From Solimonas flava (GTDB taxonomy: Bacteria > Pseudomonadota > Gammaproteobacteria > Nevskiales > Nevskiaceae), in NCBI GenBank assembly GCA_040391865.1, contig JBEBWZ010000002.1, positions 5,446 to 69,445 on the forward strand: DNA of 64,000 bases, in the 5' to 3' direction. Of the stretch, positions 44,668 through 55,494 are shown one piece after another. The translations under genes were made by a program, and so were the position numbers. Every line of letters starts with the position of its first letter. Position 1 is the stretch's first letter. Under the pieces are notes generated by a model that was not told where the DNA came from, did no database searches, and was given only the letters and a program-made list of their open reading frames with translations.

Positions 44668-46511
44668 GGCGCGGCCGGCTCCAGATGCGTGCGCAGCAGG
44701 CTGAGGCTGCGGCTGATGTCCGGCAGCGGCGGATTGAAGTTCAGCGGCCGCAGGCGTTCCAGCTCGGCCTGTGCTGCCAGCACGCCGGGATCATCGACGC
44801 GGAAGTAGTCGGCCATCCAGCGCGAGGCCGATTCGCACAGATCGCGGAAGCTGACGGTATCGCCGCCGAGCATTGCCAGCCGCGCGCCTTCCAGCTTCAT
44901 GGCCAGCACCTGCGTCACCAGCGTCTCCTGCTCTTCCGTCAGTCGCTGCGCGGCCGGGCCGGCATTGCGACGCACGGTGAACAGGCTGCTGACCGCGGCA
45001 CGCACCGACGCCGCGGCGCGCTGCCACCAGCGGGCATCGGCGGGAACCACCACTGGTTCCGGTCGGGCCTGGAAATGCTCGGGGGGACGCGTCGCCAGCG
45101 GCAACCGCGGCACGCGTGCAATCAGGCTCGCCAACGTCAGCGCAGCGCCCGCCTGATCCGGTCGCGCAACGGCTTGCAGCGCGGTCCGTTCCTGCGCCAG
45201 CGCCTGACGCACCGCGAACTGGCGTGGGTCGCGCAGGGCTGCCAGCCGCTGATCGGCTTCGTCCAGCGCCACCACCGCGGCGTCGACGTCGCGCGCCAGC
45301 AGCAGGCGGTCGTTGGCGAGAATCAGCAGCTGCTCGACCGAGGCCAGCTGGAAACGGTCGCGGCTGCCGCTGATCTGTTCGTTGATGCGTCCGACGATTT
45401 CGTCGTGCGCGTCGATGCGTGCGCCGAATTCGGCCAGCGCGGAGCCGTTGCGCTGCCCGATCGCCGCAAGGTCGCCCTGGCGCTGATCGAGACGGTCAGC
45501 CTGTACTTCCAGCGCATTCATGTCCTGCGCCATCTGCTGCAGCTGCTGACTCTGCGCAGCGATGGTCGCTTGCAGCCGTTCGCTGTAGCGCCACAGCCCC
45601 CAGCCGGCCGCTGCGATCGCCACCATCAGCAGCAGTGCCAGCCAGAACCGCCCGGCGGCCGAAGACGGCGCGCCGTCTTCGGGCACCGCCAGCAGGCGGG
45701 AGTCAGTCAGCGTCGTATTGTCGTCCGTCATGCGCGATCTCGGGGGGATGCCGTGCTGGCTCCACCATTGCTCCAGACACTGTACATAGGCCGCGTCGGT
45801 GACTTGGTCCGGTACCAGCGGGGCGGGCGTGAAGCCCAGTTGCAAGGCTTGTTCTACCACACGCTGGCTGGGCACAACCAGCCGCGTGCTGTGAAGCAAT
45901 TCATTCCGTTGCGCTTCCGAGGTCAGCTGCAGCAGCCGCTCTAGCGCTTCGCCGCTGGTGATCAGCACCGCATGCGCTTCGTGCAGTGCCTGCGCCACCG
46001 CTTCCGGTGCATGCGGCAACGGAATCCGGCGATAAACCTCGACCCGTTGCGCCTCGGCACCACGCGCCTGCAGTTCCGGCGCCAGCATGTTGCGGCCACC
46101 TTCACCGGTGACGATCAGATAACGCTTGCCGCCGATCTCCTGCAGCTCCGGCAGTTCGAGAATGCCTTCGCTGGTGTAAGCGGAGGTCGGCATCAGCGAC
46201 GATTGCCCCTGCGCCGACAGCGCAGCGGCAGTGGCCGCACCGACGGCAATGCACTGCGGCCAGACGCCGGCATCGAGCTGCGCCGCGAAGCGCACGGCGT
46301 TGACGCTGGTGAAGATCCAGCCATCGGCTTCGCGCCCGGCCTGCAACTGCCGCGCGATCTGGGTCGACTGACGTACCGATTCGATCGCCTGCAGTGGCAG
46401 CTGGCGCACATCGGCGCCACGCGCAGCCAGCAGGCGGCACAGGGTTTCGGCCTGGGTTTGCGGGCGCGTGACCAGCACGCGCAGGCCACGCAGGGTCTGC
46501 GAGTCGTCCAT
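44664..46511 (-). CDS. hemD: fused uroporphyrinogen-III synthase (HemD) / HemX membrane protein
   Basis: Single 615-aa frame with no internal stop. The N-terminal half is LRVLVTRPQTQAETLCRLLAARGADVRQLPL... (HemD). A TM segment (FWLALLLMVAIAAAGWGLW) and a coiled-coil HemX-like C-terminal half follow. The start lies 2 nt after the hemC stop and the stop overlaps the hemY start. Confidence 0.8.
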   Translation of the reverse strand: MDDSQTLRGLRVLVTRPQTQAETLCRLLAARGADVRQLPLQAIESVRQSTQIARQLQAGREADGWIFTSVNAVRFAAQLDAGVWPQCIAVGAATAAALSAQGQSSLMPTSAYTSEGILELPELQEIGGKRYLIVTGEGGRNMLAPELQARGAEAQRVEVYRRIPLPHAPEAVAQALHEAHAVLITSGEALERLLQLTSEAQRNELLHSTRLVVPSQRVVEQALQLGFTPAPLVPDQVTDAAYVQCLEQWWSQHGIPPRSRMTDDNTTLTDSRLLAVPEDGAPSSAAGRFWLALLLMVAIAAAGWGLWRYSERLQATIAAQSQQLQQMAQDMNALEVQADRLDQRQGDLAAIGQRNGSALAEFGARIDAHDEIVGRINEQISGSRDRFQLASVEQLLILANDRLLLARDVDAAVVALDEADQRLAALRDPRQFAVRQALAQERTALQAVARPDQAGAALTLASLIARVPRLPLATRPPEHFQARPEPVVVPADARWWQRAAASVRAAVSSLFTVRRNAGPAAQRLTEEQETLVTQVLAMKLEGARLAMLGGDTVSFRDLCESASRWMADYFRVDDPGVLAAQAELERLRPLNFNPPLPDISRSLSLLRTHLEPAAP

Positions 46512-46513
46512 CG

Positions 46514-47437
46514 TCAGACGGCAATGCCCAGTGCGAGCAGAATCTCGCGCGCACCCGCATCGAGCAGACGCTGCGCCAGTTGCTCGCCGAGCTGCTCGGC
46601 GTCATCGCAGTTGCCGCTGATCTGCTGCCGCAGCACCCGCGAGCCATCGGTGGCGCCGACCAGACCTTCGAGCCGCAGTTGCGCGCCCTCGATCAAGGCA
46701 TGTCCCGCAACCGGCACCTGACAGGCACCGCCGAGACGCGCGTTCATGGCCCGTTCGGCGCGCAGGCGGATCGCCGAAGCCGGATCGTGCAGCGGCGCCA
46801 GCAGCGCTTGCGTGGCCTGATCATCGCCACGGCATTCGATCCCGATCACGCCCTGTCCGATCGCCGGCAGGAACCGCACCGGATTCAGGGCTTCGCGGAT
46901 ACGCTCGCCGAGCCCGAGGCGGATCAGGCCGGCGCTGGCGAGCAGGATCGCGTCGTACTGGCCTTCGTCGAGCTTGCGCAGACGGGTGCCGACGTTGCCG
47001 CGCAGATCGCGCACCACCAGATCAGGCCTTAGTGCCCGCAGCTGCGCCTGACGACGCAGGCTGGAAGTGCCGACCACCGCGCCCTGCGGCAGCGCGTCGA
47101 GCGTTTGATAACGATTGGAGACGAACGCATCGCGTGGGTCTTCACCGCTGAGGAAGCAGCTCAGCACCAGACCCGGCGGCTGCTGCACCGGCACATCCTT
47201 CATCGAATGTACCGCGAGATCGGCGCGCCCTTCGAGCATCGCCTGTTCCAGTTCCTTGACGAACAGGCCCTTGCCGCCGACGGTCGACAGCGGCGCCGTC
47301 TGCATCTGGTCGCCGGCCGTGGTCATCGGCAGCAGTTCGACCGTCAGCTGCGGATGTGCGGCACGCAGCCGTGCCGCGACATGTTCGGCCTGCCACAGGG
47401 CCAGCGGTGATTCTCGGGTGGCAATTCTTAGAAGCAT
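46514..47437 (-). CDS. hemC: hydroxymethylbilane synthase (porphobilinogen deaminase)
   Basis: 307 aa. [18 protein letters not shown]..., [33 protein letters not shown], and GGCQVPVAG with the cofactor cysteine. Confidence 0.95.
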   Translation of the reverse strand: MLLRIATRESPLALWQAEHVAARLRAAHPQLTVELLPMTTAGDQMQTAPLSTVGGKGLFVKELEQAMLEGRADLAVHSMKDVPVQQPPGLVLSCFLSGEDPRDAFVSNRYQTLDALPQGAVVGTSSLRRQAQLRALRPDLVVRDLRGNVGTRLRKLDEGQYDAILLASAGLIRLGLGERIREALNPVRFLPAIGQGVIGIECRGDDQATQALLAPLHDPASAIRLRAERAMNARLGGACQVPVAGHALIEGAQLRLEGLVGATDGSRVLRQQISGNCDDAEQLGEQLAQRLLDAGAREILLALGIAV

Positions 47438-47525
47438 CTTGAGGCGTAAAGGCAGTTGAAGACGTTAGCGGGCCAGCGCCGCGCCCGCACATCTTACCCG
47501 CTCACACCCCTCGGCTCCCGCGGTG

Positions 47526-48269
47526 TCACGACTCCGTGAGGAACCGCCGCACCTCGGCCAGACGCCGCCGCGACACCGGCAGCGCTTCCTGCGAGTGCTT
47601 CATCCGCAGCCAGTGGTGCTGATCGCCCTGGCGATCGCGCTCGAGACTGGCGATGAAACGGGTGTTGACCAGGGCCTTGCGGTGGATCCGCAGGAACCAG
47701 GGCTCGAAGTCGGTCTCCAGCGTCTTCAGCGATTCCTCGATCAGCACTTCGCCATGCAGGTGCTTGACGGTGGTGTATTTCTGATCGGCGAGGAAGTACA
47801 CGATGTCCTCGACCGCCACCCGCGCCAGACCGTCGCGCGTGGTCGCGAGGATGAATTCGCGCTTCGGCTTGCCTTCGATCACCGCCGGCTGCGTCTGCGG
47901 CTTCTGCGCGCGGGTCGGCTTGCGCACCCGCTGCAGTGCATCGCGCAGCTTTTCGAGGCGGATCGGCTTCAGCAGATAGCCCTGGGCGTTGGCATCGAAC
48001 GCCGACAGCGCATGTTCGGAATACGCGGTGGTGAAGATCACCGCCGGCGGCACATCCATTTCCGCCAGCTGCCGCCCGACCTGCAGGCCGTCGATGCCGC
48101 CCATGCGGATATCGAGCAGCACCAGATCCGGCTCCTCGTCATCGATCACGTCGAGCGCCGACTCGCCGTCACCGGCCTCGCCGACAATCTCGTAGCCGGG
48201 AAACTCCTGCAGCAGCCGCTTCAGACGCTCACGGGCCAGCGGTTCATCGTCAACGATCACCACGCGCAT
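47526..48269 (-). CDS. algR: LytTR-family response regulator (AlgR-like)
   Basis: ATG at 48269: MRVVIVDDEPLARERLKRLL...DLVLLDIRMGGIDG (receiver) plus a C-terminal LytTR domain (YFLADQKYTTVKH...LIEESLKTLE...FLRIHRKALVN). Conserved algZ-algR-hemC order. Confidence 0.9.
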   Translation of the reverse strand: MRVVIVDDEPLARERLKRLLQEFPGYEIVGEAGDGESALDVIDDEEPDLVLLDIRMGGIDGLQVGRQLAEMDVPPAVIFTTAYSEHALSAFDANAQGYLLKPIRLEKLRDALQRVRKPTRAQKPQTQPAVIEGKPKREFILATTRDGLARVAVEDIVYFLADQKYTTVKHLHGEVLIEESLKTLETDFEPWFLRIHRKALVNTRFIASLERDRQGDQHHWLRMKHSQEALPVSRRRLAEVRRFLTES

Positions 48270-48324
48270 CAGTGCAATCCCCTTGTTGTCGCGGCGAAGC
48301 ATCGCTTGCGCCGCCTACCTCATA

Positions 48325-49368
48325 TCATTCGGTCGGGCTTTCCTGCCGCGCTTCCCGGGGCAATACCAGCCGCGCCCGGAACACGCCGCCTTCGAGGCGC
48401 AGATCGCGCCCCAGTTCGAGGCGCGCACCGTCACCGTAAATCAGGTTCAGGCGTTGGGCAATGTTGTCGACCGCAACGCGGTTGCCAGACGACGGCCCAG
48501 CCGCATCGGAAGGCATCGGATTGGTCACCTCGATCACCATGCGTCCGTAGATTTCGCGCGCGGCAATGCGCACCACGCCCGGATTGATCAGCTTGGAAAT
48601 GCCGTGATGCACCGCGTTCTCGATCAGCGGCTGCACCACCAGCTTCGGCACCGGCCACTCCAGCAACGCTTCCGGAATATCCCATTCCACCTTGAGCTTG
48701 TCGCTCAGGCGCATCTTTTCGATGCGCAGATAGGCGTGACAGAGACCGATCTCCTCGACCAGCGGCGCCATCTGTCCGCGCTTCTCCAGACTGGCGCGGA
48801 ACAGGTCGGACAAGTCCTCGACCATCATCTCGGCGTCGTTCGGGCGCACCTGGATCAGCGCCGCGAGACTGTTCAGTGCGTTGAACAGGAAGTGCGGGCG
48901 GATGCGCGCGTTCAGCGCCTGGTAACGCGCCTCGCCTTCGGCGTGCACCTGCATGCTCCATTGGTTGCGCAGCCAGAAGTAGCGCAACAGCAGCATCGCC
49001 ACGATCGCTGCGATCGCGCAGTGGCGCAGCACGAACTCGACCCGGCCCTCGGCCGGCAGCATGAACGCCCAGTTCAGCATGACGCTGAGGCGGTAGGCCA
49101 GATCGGCGACCACCATCACGATCAGCACCATCATGCCCCAGCAGACGAAGAACACCACGCCGGGGCGCGCGACCTTGAACCAGCGCCGCGCCCAGCACAG
49201 GGCGCCGGCGGAACACAGTCCGATCCACTGCAGGTACAGCGAAATCAGCAGGAAGCGCTCCAGCGCCGGTGCGGAACCGTCGCCGCCGCCGAGGGTCAAC
49301 ACGATGGCGACCAGCTCCATGGTGAACGCCAGCGACAGGATGCCGCGGCCCTCACAGAAGTTGGGCAT
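48325..49368 (-). CDS. algZ: LytS/AlgZ(FimS)-type sensor histidine kinase
   Basis: ATG at 49368 (an in-frame GTG at 49407 is also possible). Several TM segments, then [18 protein letters not shown] (His_kinase/5TM-LytS family H-box) and [12 protein letters not shown] (N-box). The 298-aa upstream part of the ORF-track entry is antisense to argH and is rejected. Confidence 0.85.
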   Translation of the reverse strand: MPNFCEGRGILSLAFTMELVAIVLTLGGGDGSAPALERFLLISLYLQWIGLCSAGALCWARRWFKVARPGVVFFVCWGMMVLIVMVVADLAYRLSVMLNWAFMLPAEGRVEFVLRHCAIAAIVAMLLLRYFWLRNQWSMQVHAEGEARYQALNARIRPHFLFNALNSLAALIQVRPNDAEMMVEDLSDLFRASLEKRGQMAPLVEEIGLCHAYLRIEKMRLSDKLKVEWDIPEALLEWPVPKLVVQPLIENAVHHGISKLINPGVVRIAAREIYGRMVIEVTNPMPSDAAGPSSGNRVAVDNIAQRLNLIYGDGARLELGRDLRLEGGVFRARLVLPREARQESPTE

Positions 49369-49606
49369 GATGTTCGGGTACTGCGACTGCGGCTTGATCC
49401 GTTCCACGTGGGGCGCGACTTCCGGGAGGTCCGTTGGAGAAAACCGGGAGAAAACTGAAGGGCAAGCCGACAGGGTCGCAGGCGGCCGCGCGCCGGGCAA
49501 GCGCCCCCGTCGGCCAAGCGATACCCCTTGCGCTGCCCACAGCGGGCGAGGCCCTATAATTCGCCGCCTGTCCTTCCCTCTTGGCTTTTCGCGCAGCGTC
49601 CGACCC

Positions 49607-51028
49607 ATGTCCCAGACCGGTAATCCCCAGCAGCCCAACAGCGCCGACAGCAGCGGCAAGAAACTGTGGGGCGGTCGTTTTTCCGAATCCACCTCGGCCC
49701 TGGTCGAAAAATTCTCGGAATCGGTCAGCTTCGACCAGCGCCTGTACCGCCAGGACATCCGTGGCTCGCAGGCGCATGCGCGGATGCTGGCCAAGGTCGG
49801 CGTGCTGACCCAGGCCGACTGCGATGCGATCGTCGCCGGCCTGGCCGGGATCCTCGCCGACATCGAATCCGGCAACTTCCAGTGGGACGAAAAGCTGGAA
49901 GACGTGCACATGAACATCGAGGCGCGGCTGACCGAGCGCATCGGCGACGCCGGCAAGCGCCTGCACACCGGCCGCTCGCGCAACGACCAGGTCGCCACCG
50001 ACATGCGCCTGTATGTGCGCGACGTGATCGATGAACTGGTGCCGCTGATCGAGCGCGTCGCCAATGCCCTGCTGGATCTCGCCGAGCGCGAGGCCGACAG
50101 CGTGATGCCGGGCTTCACCCATCTCCAGACCGCACAGCCGGTGACCTTCGGCCACCACATGCTGGCCTGGCGCGAACAGATGCTGCGCGATCGCACGCGC
50201 CTGCTCGACTGCCGCAAGCGTCTCAACCTGCTGCCGCTGGGCGCGGCGGCGCTGGCCGGCACCGTGTACCCGATCGACCGCCATTACGTCGCCGAGCAGC
50301 TCGGCTTCGACGGCGTCACCGAGAATTCGCTGGACACCGTTTCCGACCGCGACTACGCGATCGAATTCTGCGCCGCTGCCGCACTGATCCTGGTGCACCT
50401 GTCGCGCTGGAGCGAGGAACTGATCCTGTGGGCGACGCCGATGTTCGGCTTCGTCGACCTGCCTGACCGCTTCTGCACCGGCTCCTCGATCATGCCGCAG
50501 AAGAAGAACCCGGACGTGCCGGAGCTGGTGCGCGGCAAGACCGGGCGCGTGGTCGGCAACCTCAACGCGCTGCTGGTGCTGATGAAGGGCCAGCCGCTGG
50601 CGTACAACCGCGACAACCAGGAAGACAAGCCGCCGCTGTTCGATACGGTCGACACCGTGTCGATCTGCCTGGAGGTGTACGCGGAAATGATTCCGCACAT
50701 CGTGGTGCGGCACGACAACTGCCGCGCCGCGGCGGCGAAGGGCTTTTCCACCGCCACCGATCTGGCCGACTACCTGGTCAACAAGGGTCTGCCGTTCCGC
50801 GACGCACACCACGCAGTCGGCAGCACCGTCGGCTATGCCGCGAAGAAGAACTGCGACATCTCCGAACTGTCGCTCGAAGAGCTGCGCCAGTTCTCGCCGC
50901 TGATCGAAAGCGATGTCTACGAGCGGATCACGCTCGAAGGCTCGCTGAACGCACGCAACCACTACGGCGCCACCGCACCGGCGCAGGTCCGCGCCGCAAT
51001 TGCGCGCGCGCGCGCCGCCCTGCCCTGA
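49607..51028 (+). CDS. argH: argininosuccinate lyase
   Basis: ATG at 49607. [37 protein letters not shown], and [20 protein letters not shown] signature. Confidence 0.95.
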   Translation: MSQTGNPQQPNSADSSGKKLWGGRFSESTSALVEKFSESVSFDQRLYRQDIRGSQAHARMLAKVGVLTQADCDAIVAGLAGILADIESGNFQWDEKLEDVHMNIEARLTERIGDAGKRLHTGRSRNDQVATDMRLYVRDVIDELVPLIERVANALLDLAEREADSVMPGFTHLQTAQPVTFGHHMLAWREQMLRDRTRLLDCRKRLNLLPLGAAALAGTVYPIDRHYVAEQLGFDGVTENSLDTVSDRDYAIEFCAAAALILVHLSRWSEELILWATPMFGFVDLPDRFCTGSSIMPQKKNPDVPELVRGKTGRVVGNLNALLVLMKGQPLAYNRDNQEDKPPLFDTVDTVSICLEVYAEMIPHIVVRHDNCRAAAAKGFSTATDLADYLVNKGLPFRDAHHAVGSTVGYAAKKNCDISELSLEELRQFSPLIESDVYERITLEGSLNARNHYGATAPAQVRAAIARARAALP

Positions 51029-51037
51029 GATCACGCC

Positions 51038-51397
51038 ATGCGCCACCTCGTCCGGACTCTGTTGCTTGCAGGCATTCTGGGCATGGGCAATGCGCTGGCC
51101 GAGGACCCGCCACCACCGCCGGCCAACCCTGGCGAAGCCGCCCCGGTGATGACCCATATCCTCTCCGAAGGCGCGCGCGTGGCAAGCCCTCCTGCGGCCG
51201 ATGGCCCGAGCAAGGCGGAACAGGAGCAGGCCGCGCTGGATAGCGTCAACGCGGCCGCCGCCAATTTGCGCCGCATCGGCATCTTTGGCGGCGAATCCGC
51301 ATTGGCGCTGTTGATTGCCGGCGTGATCGGCGGCCTGATCGCAGTTCTGATCGCCGTGCTGCGTCGTCGCGGCGACGATTACGGTCCCCGCCGCTGA
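51038..51397 (+). CDS. hypothetical secreted / C-terminally anchored protein
   Basis: 119 aa. Signal-like N-terminus (LLLAGILGMGNALA), a Pro-rich stretch, and a C-terminal TM helix (ALALLIAGVIGGLIAVLIAVL) followed by RRRGDD. No family recognised. Confidence 0.45.
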   Translation: MRHLVRTLLLAGILGMGNALAEDPPPPPANPGEAAPVMTHILSEGARVASPPAADGPSKAEQEQAALDSVNAAAANLRRIGIFGGESALALLIAGVIGGLIAVLIAVLRRRGDDYGPRR

Positions 51398-51503
51398 AGC
51401 GACTTCATCGCCACGGCGGGCAGTGGCCATCCGCTTCTGCTAGCGTGCGCGGATCGACACGCTGCGGCCGGCGAACGGAACCGCACTGAGCGGGGGGATC
51501 GCA

Positions 51504-52226
51504 ATGAAGCAGCCGCACACCGATGACCGGCGGATGATGGCCGCCAGCGAAACGGCGCAACGCAATCCGATGCGGCCGCCCGACGATCTGCCTCGCGATG
51601 CGCGCCATGCGCTGCGACGGTTCTGGTCGCACCCCAGCCCGCTATGGATCAGCGCGTTCCTGCTGCTCTGCGGCGTCTCGCGCATCGCCCTCGGCAACTT
51701 CAGCTGGGTCGATGCACTGCTCGCGTTCCTGGTGCTGGCATATTTCCCGATCAACGAATGGCTGATCCATGTGCTGATGCTGCACTGGAAGCCGCGCCGG
51801 ATTTTCGGTCGCACACTCGATTTCTATCTGCCGGTGACGCACCGCCGCCATCATGCCGATCCGTGGAACCTGCGCTGGGTGTTCATTCCGCGCCACGTCC
51901 ATCGTCTGGTGGCACCGCTGATCGCGCTGCTGCTGTGGGCATTCTGGCCATGGCGTGAGCCGCTGCTCACGGTCCTGACGGTTTATCTGCTGCTGGGCCT
52001 GCATTACGAATGGGTGCACTTTCTCGCGCACATCCCGTGGTGCCCGCGCCGCGGAGTGCTCGGGGCTTATTACCAGCGCCGGGTGCGCGAACACCGCTAC
52101 CACCACTTCCGCAACGAGAATTACTGGTGGGGCGTGTCGATGGGGTTGGGTGATCGCCTGTTCGGCACCGCACCGCCGGTGGAAGACACCCGTCGCAGCG
52201 GCACCACCCATCAGGTCGGACACTGA
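51504..52226 (+). CDS. fatty-acid hydroxylase / sterol-desaturase superfamily membrane protein
   Basis: Histidine boxes HVLMLH, HRRHH, HYEWVH and EHRYHH, with intervening hydrophobic segments. Confidence 0.7.
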   Translation: MKQPHTDDRRMMAASETAQRNPMRPPDDLPRDARHALRRFWSHPSPLWISAFLLLCGVSRIALGNFSWVDALLAFLVLAYFPINEWLIHVLMLHWKPRRIFGRTLDFYLPVTHRRHHADPWNLRWVFIPRHVHRLVAPLIALLLWAFWPWREPLLTVLTVYLLLGLHYEWVHFLAHIPWCPRRGVLGAYYQRRVREHRYHHFRNENYWWGVSMGLGDRLFGTAPPVEDTRRSGTTHQVGH

Positions 52227-52289
52227 GCGCGCCGGTCCGGCGTCAGGCCGTGGCCTGCCCGCCGGACTTCATCGCCACACGATGCGTCT

Positions 52290-53162
52290 TCAGTGTCCGC
52301 TGTCGAACAGCCGGCGGTTGAGCCGGTACAGCGCCGAAATGTCTTCCTCGCCACGCCCTTCGGCCATCAGCGTCTGATACTGCGCCAGGGTGGTGTCGAC
52401 ACTCGGCAGGCTGCCGCCGAGTTGCGCCGCCATCTGCTGACAGATGGTCAGATCCTTGTGATGCAGCTCGATCTTCAGGCCCGGCGGGAAGTGGCCGTCG
52501 ATCATGGTGCGGCCGCGGTTCTCAACAAACCAGGAGCCGGCAGCGCCCGCGCCCAGTGCGTCGATCACCCGCGACATCGGCAGCCCCAGCGCCTCGGCGA
52601 AAGCCAGCCCTTCGGTCACCGCCTGCGCCACACCCGCCGCCATCGCCTGATTGACCGCCTTGGTGGCCTGGCCGCTGCCGGTCTCGCCCATGTGGATATG
52701 CTGCGCGCCCATCGCTTCGAACAGTGGAATCGCCGCCGCATGGTCCGCTTCGCTGCCACCGACCATGAACACCAGGCGGCCGTTGCGCGCGCCGTCGGTC
52801 CCGCCGTTGATCGGCGCATCGACAAAGCGCGCCCCGACCGCGGCCAGCAGCTGTGCCGCCTCCACCGCCGTTTCCGGTGCCACCGTCGAGCAGTCGACCA
52901 CCAGCTTGCCGCGCGCCGCCGGCGTCGCCAGCCCGCGCACCACATCGAGTACCGCGGCATCGTTGGACACGCAGATCACCACCGTGTCGCAATGCGCCCA
53001 GATCTCGGCCGGCCATTTCACTGCAGTGACGCCGTGTTCGCGGGCAAACAGCTCGGCGGTCTGCGGCGTGTAGTTGTGGACCGCGCTGAGTATGCCCTTC
53101 CTGGCCAGATTGGCCGCCATCAGCGCGCCCATCGCACCCAATCCGATAAAGCCCGTTTTCAT
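52290..53162 (-). CDS. NAD(P)-dependent 3-hydroxyisobutyrate/6-phosphogluconate-dehydrogenase-like oxidoreductase
   Basis: ATG at 53162 with GAGGAG RBS. MKTGFIGLGAMGALMAANL (Rossmann), FVDAPINGG, and QATKAVNQ. Confidence 0.85.
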   Translation of the reverse strand: MKTGFIGLGAMGALMAANLARKGILSAVHNYTPQTAELFAREHGVTAVKWPAEIWAHCDTVVICVSNDAAVLDVVRGLATPAARGKLVVDCSTVAPETAVEAAQLLAAVGARFVDAPINGGTDGARNGRLVFMVGGSEADHAAAIPLFEAMGAQHIHMGETGSGQATKAVNQAMAAGVAQAVTEGLAFAEALGLPMSRVIDALGAGAAGSWFVENRGRTMIDGHFPPGLKIELHHKDLTICQQMAAQLGGSLPSVDTTLAQYQTLMAEGRGEEDISALYRLNRRLFDSGH

Positions 53163-53340
53163 TCGTCTTATCTCCTCGTCGCAGCGATGAGCTTCGATTA
53201 TGGCCCGGTCCCGGCACTTTGCGGCAAGCAATGCGGGGATCGTCGCCGCGCGCCGCCGAATGCTGCACTGCAGGCTTCGCACTGCGGCCGGGGATTTGCG
53301 CTGGCGTGACGTTTTGCGGACCGCCTGAGCGGCGACGGAT

Positions 53341-53598
53341 TCAGACTTCCCGACATCGTCCGGGAATCAGCTCATTGGTGCTGCGCATGTATTCGGCGTA
53401 ACCCTTCTTGCGGCCGATCAACTGCGCTTCGCGCCTCGGCACGCCGGCGCCGCGCAGCAGCGAGCAGGTCACCACCACCGGCGCCAGCCATGCCAGCGGC
53501 AGATAGGCGAGCCAGTGCAGACACCTGAAGAAATAATCCGGATGTCGCGAACTGCCCCAGAGGCCACGGCTACAGACCCGATCGTGATTGCCGCGGAT
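53341..53598 (-). pseudogene. 3'-terminal remnant of a DUF1295 / steroid-5-alpha-reductase-like membrane protein gene
   Basis: Only the last ~85 codons of the 361-aa ORF-track entry look like real protein: RGLWGSSRHPDYFFRCLHWLAY...LLRGAGVPRREAQLIGRKKGYAEYMRSTNELIP. This matches the conserved C-terminus of DUF1295 proteins (GLW..SRHPNYF ... SGVP..E......Y..Y...T..FIP). The upstream part is antisense to the next SDR gene, so the N-terminal two thirds of the family are missing. Confidence 0.5.
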
Positions 53599-53751
53599 GC
53601 TGCGAAAGCGGTGCAATTGCTGCTGTACCCTCACTGTTGCGCGGGATTCTACGGCAGACCTTGCCGGGCGCAAGAAATCATCGCGATTCAAGGGCGCGCG
53701 CCACCGCGTAAAATGCAGCGGCGCATCCGCCTCGCGCACACAGGACCCGTC

Positions 53752-54501
53752 ATGATCGTTTTCGTCACCGGCGCCAGCGCCGGCTTCGGCACCGCCATCG
53801 CCCGCCGCTTCGCCAACGACGGCGCCCAGGTCATTCTCGCCGGTCGCCGCGGTGAGCGCCTGCAGACACTCGCCGCAGAACTCGGCGCGCGCACGCTGCC
53901 ACTGGTTCTCGACGTACGTGATCGCGACGCGGTGGCGACAGCAGTCGCCAACCTGCCGCCGGCCTTTGCCGAAGTCGACCTGCTGGTCAACAACGCCGGC
54001 CTGGCGCTGGGCCTCGAACCGGCGAATGCGGCGCTGCTCGACGACTGGGAGCAGATGGTCGACACCAACATCAAGGGCCTGATGTACATGACCCGCGCGC
54101 TGTTGCCGGGGATGGTGGCGCGCCGTCGCGGCCACGTGATCAACATCGGCTCGATTGCCGGCGAATGGCCGTATCCGGGCGGCAACGTCTACGGCGCGAG
54201 CAAGGCCTTCGTGCGTCAGTTCTCGCTGAACCTGCGGGCCGACCTGCTCGGCAGCAAGGTGCGCGTCACCGATATCGAGCCCGGTCTCTGCGCCGGCACC
54301 GAATTCTCCAACGTGCGCTTCCACGGTGACGACGCGCGCGCCGCGAAGGTGTACGAGAACACCCAGCCGCTGACGGCGGAAGATGTCGCCGACACCGTGC
54401 ACTGGGTCGCGACGCGGCCCGCACACGTCAACATCAACACGCTGTCACTGATGCCGGTCGACCAGGCGTTCGCCGGCATGGCGATCCATCGCGGCGACTG
54501 A
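53752..54501 (+). CDS. NADP-dependent 3-hydroxy-acid dehydrogenase-like SDR (YdfG-like)
   Basis: ATG at 53752: MIVFVTGASAGFGTAIARRF..., NNAG, and GNVYGASKAFVRQFS. Confidence 0.85.
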   Translation: MIVFVTGASAGFGTAIARRFANDGAQVILAGRRGERLQTLAAELGARTLPLVLDVRDRDAVATAVANLPPAFAEVDLLVNNAGLALGLEPANAALLDDWEQMVDTNIKGLMYMTRALLPGMVARRRGHVINIGSIAGEWPYPGGNVYGASKAFVRQFSLNLRADLLGSKVRVTDIEPGLCAGTEFSNVRFHGDDARAAKVYENTQPLTAEDVADTVHWVATRPAHVNINTLSLMPVDQAFAGMAIHRGD

Positions 54502-54534
54502 CGCCGGACAGCGCGGCGCTTCCAAAAATCGCGA

Positions 54535-55452
54535 TTGTCGTTAGCCTCGCTGCGCATCCCCTATCTCGACACGCGCGACGGCGCCCGCCTGCATTACTAC
54601 GATCTCGGCCGCGGCACGCCGGTGGTGCTGCTCCATGGCTTTGCGATGCCCGGCGCACTGTGGCTGCCGTTTGCGGCACCGCTGCTGCACCGCTACCGCT
54701 TCATCATTCCCGATCTGCGCGGCTTCGGGTTCTCGCATCGGGTGCCGCTGTCGCAGCCGCGTCTGCTCGATCAGCACGCCGACGATCTCGACGACCTGCT
54801 GACGCAACTCGATCTGCGGCAGATCCGCCTCGGTGGCCTGTCGATGGGCGCCTGTACCGCGCTGCAGTACCACAGCCGTTACGGCTTTGCGCGCGTGCAC
54901 AGCTATCTGCACATGGATCAGGCGCCGTGCGTGCGCAATGGTGCGGACTGGTCGCATGGCCTGCTCGGGGCGCAGCAGACAGCGCGCATGGGCGAGTGGC
55001 AGCAGCTGATGGAAACGCTGCGTCCATATCGCCAGCAACCGCTGCATGCGGTGCCGGCGCCGCTGCGACAACGGCTATGGCGCACGCTCGCGGAGTTCTT
55101 CGGCCACGCCTTTCACGGTCGCGGCTGGCAGCGGTTCACCGCACTGGCGCAGCGTGAATCGCTGATCCGCCATATCGCGCCAACCGCCAACTGGTCGATC
55201 TACATGGACTGCCTGCAGTCCTACCTGCAGGACGACTATGACTGGCGCGCAACGCTGCCCGCGATCGACAAGCCGATGACGGTGCTGATCGGCATGCAGT
55301 CGACGATGTACCCGGCCGCGGGGCAACTGCAGATCGCCCACCACGTGCCGCAGGCGCGGATGGTGCGCATCGACAACTGCGGCCATGCGATTCCGTTCGA
55401 GGCACCCCGCCGCTTCAACCGCGAACTGCGTCGCTTCCTCGCAGCGGGCTGA
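54535..55452 (+). CDS. alpha/beta-fold hydrolase
   Basis: TTG start. VVLLHGFAMPGALW, DLRGFGFS, the nucleophile elbow GLSMGA, and the C-terminal NCGHAIPFE. Confidence 0.8.
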   Translation: MSLASLRIPYLDTRDGARLHYYDLGRGTPVVLLHGFAMPGALWLPFAAPLLHRYRFIIPDLRGFGFSHRVPLSQPRLLDQHADDLDDLLTQLDLRQIRLGGLSMGACTALQYHSRYGFARVHSYLHMDQAPCVRNGADWSHGLLGAQQTARMGEWQQLMETLRPYRQQPLHAVPAPLRQRLWRTLAEFFGHAFHGRGWQRFTALAQRESLIRHIAPTANWSIYMDCLQSYLQDDYDWRATLPAIDKPMTVLIGMQSTMYPAAGQLQIAHHVPQARMVRIDNCGHAIPFEAPRRFNRELRRFLAAG

Positions 55453-55494
55453 GGCGCTGCCGCGCGGCGGGGCTCGATGCCGCTAGACTAGCCC

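Noticed and set aside
48325-50262. 645-aa version of the algZ ORF
   Set aside because: The upstream 298 codons are antisense to argH. Histidine-kinase and TM features begin only after ATG 49368 / GTG 49407.
53341-54426. 361-aa minus-strand ORF as an intact gene
   Set aside because: Most of it is antisense to the YdfG-like SDR. Only the C-terminal ~85 residues resemble a real family (DUF1295), so it is reported as a remnant instead.
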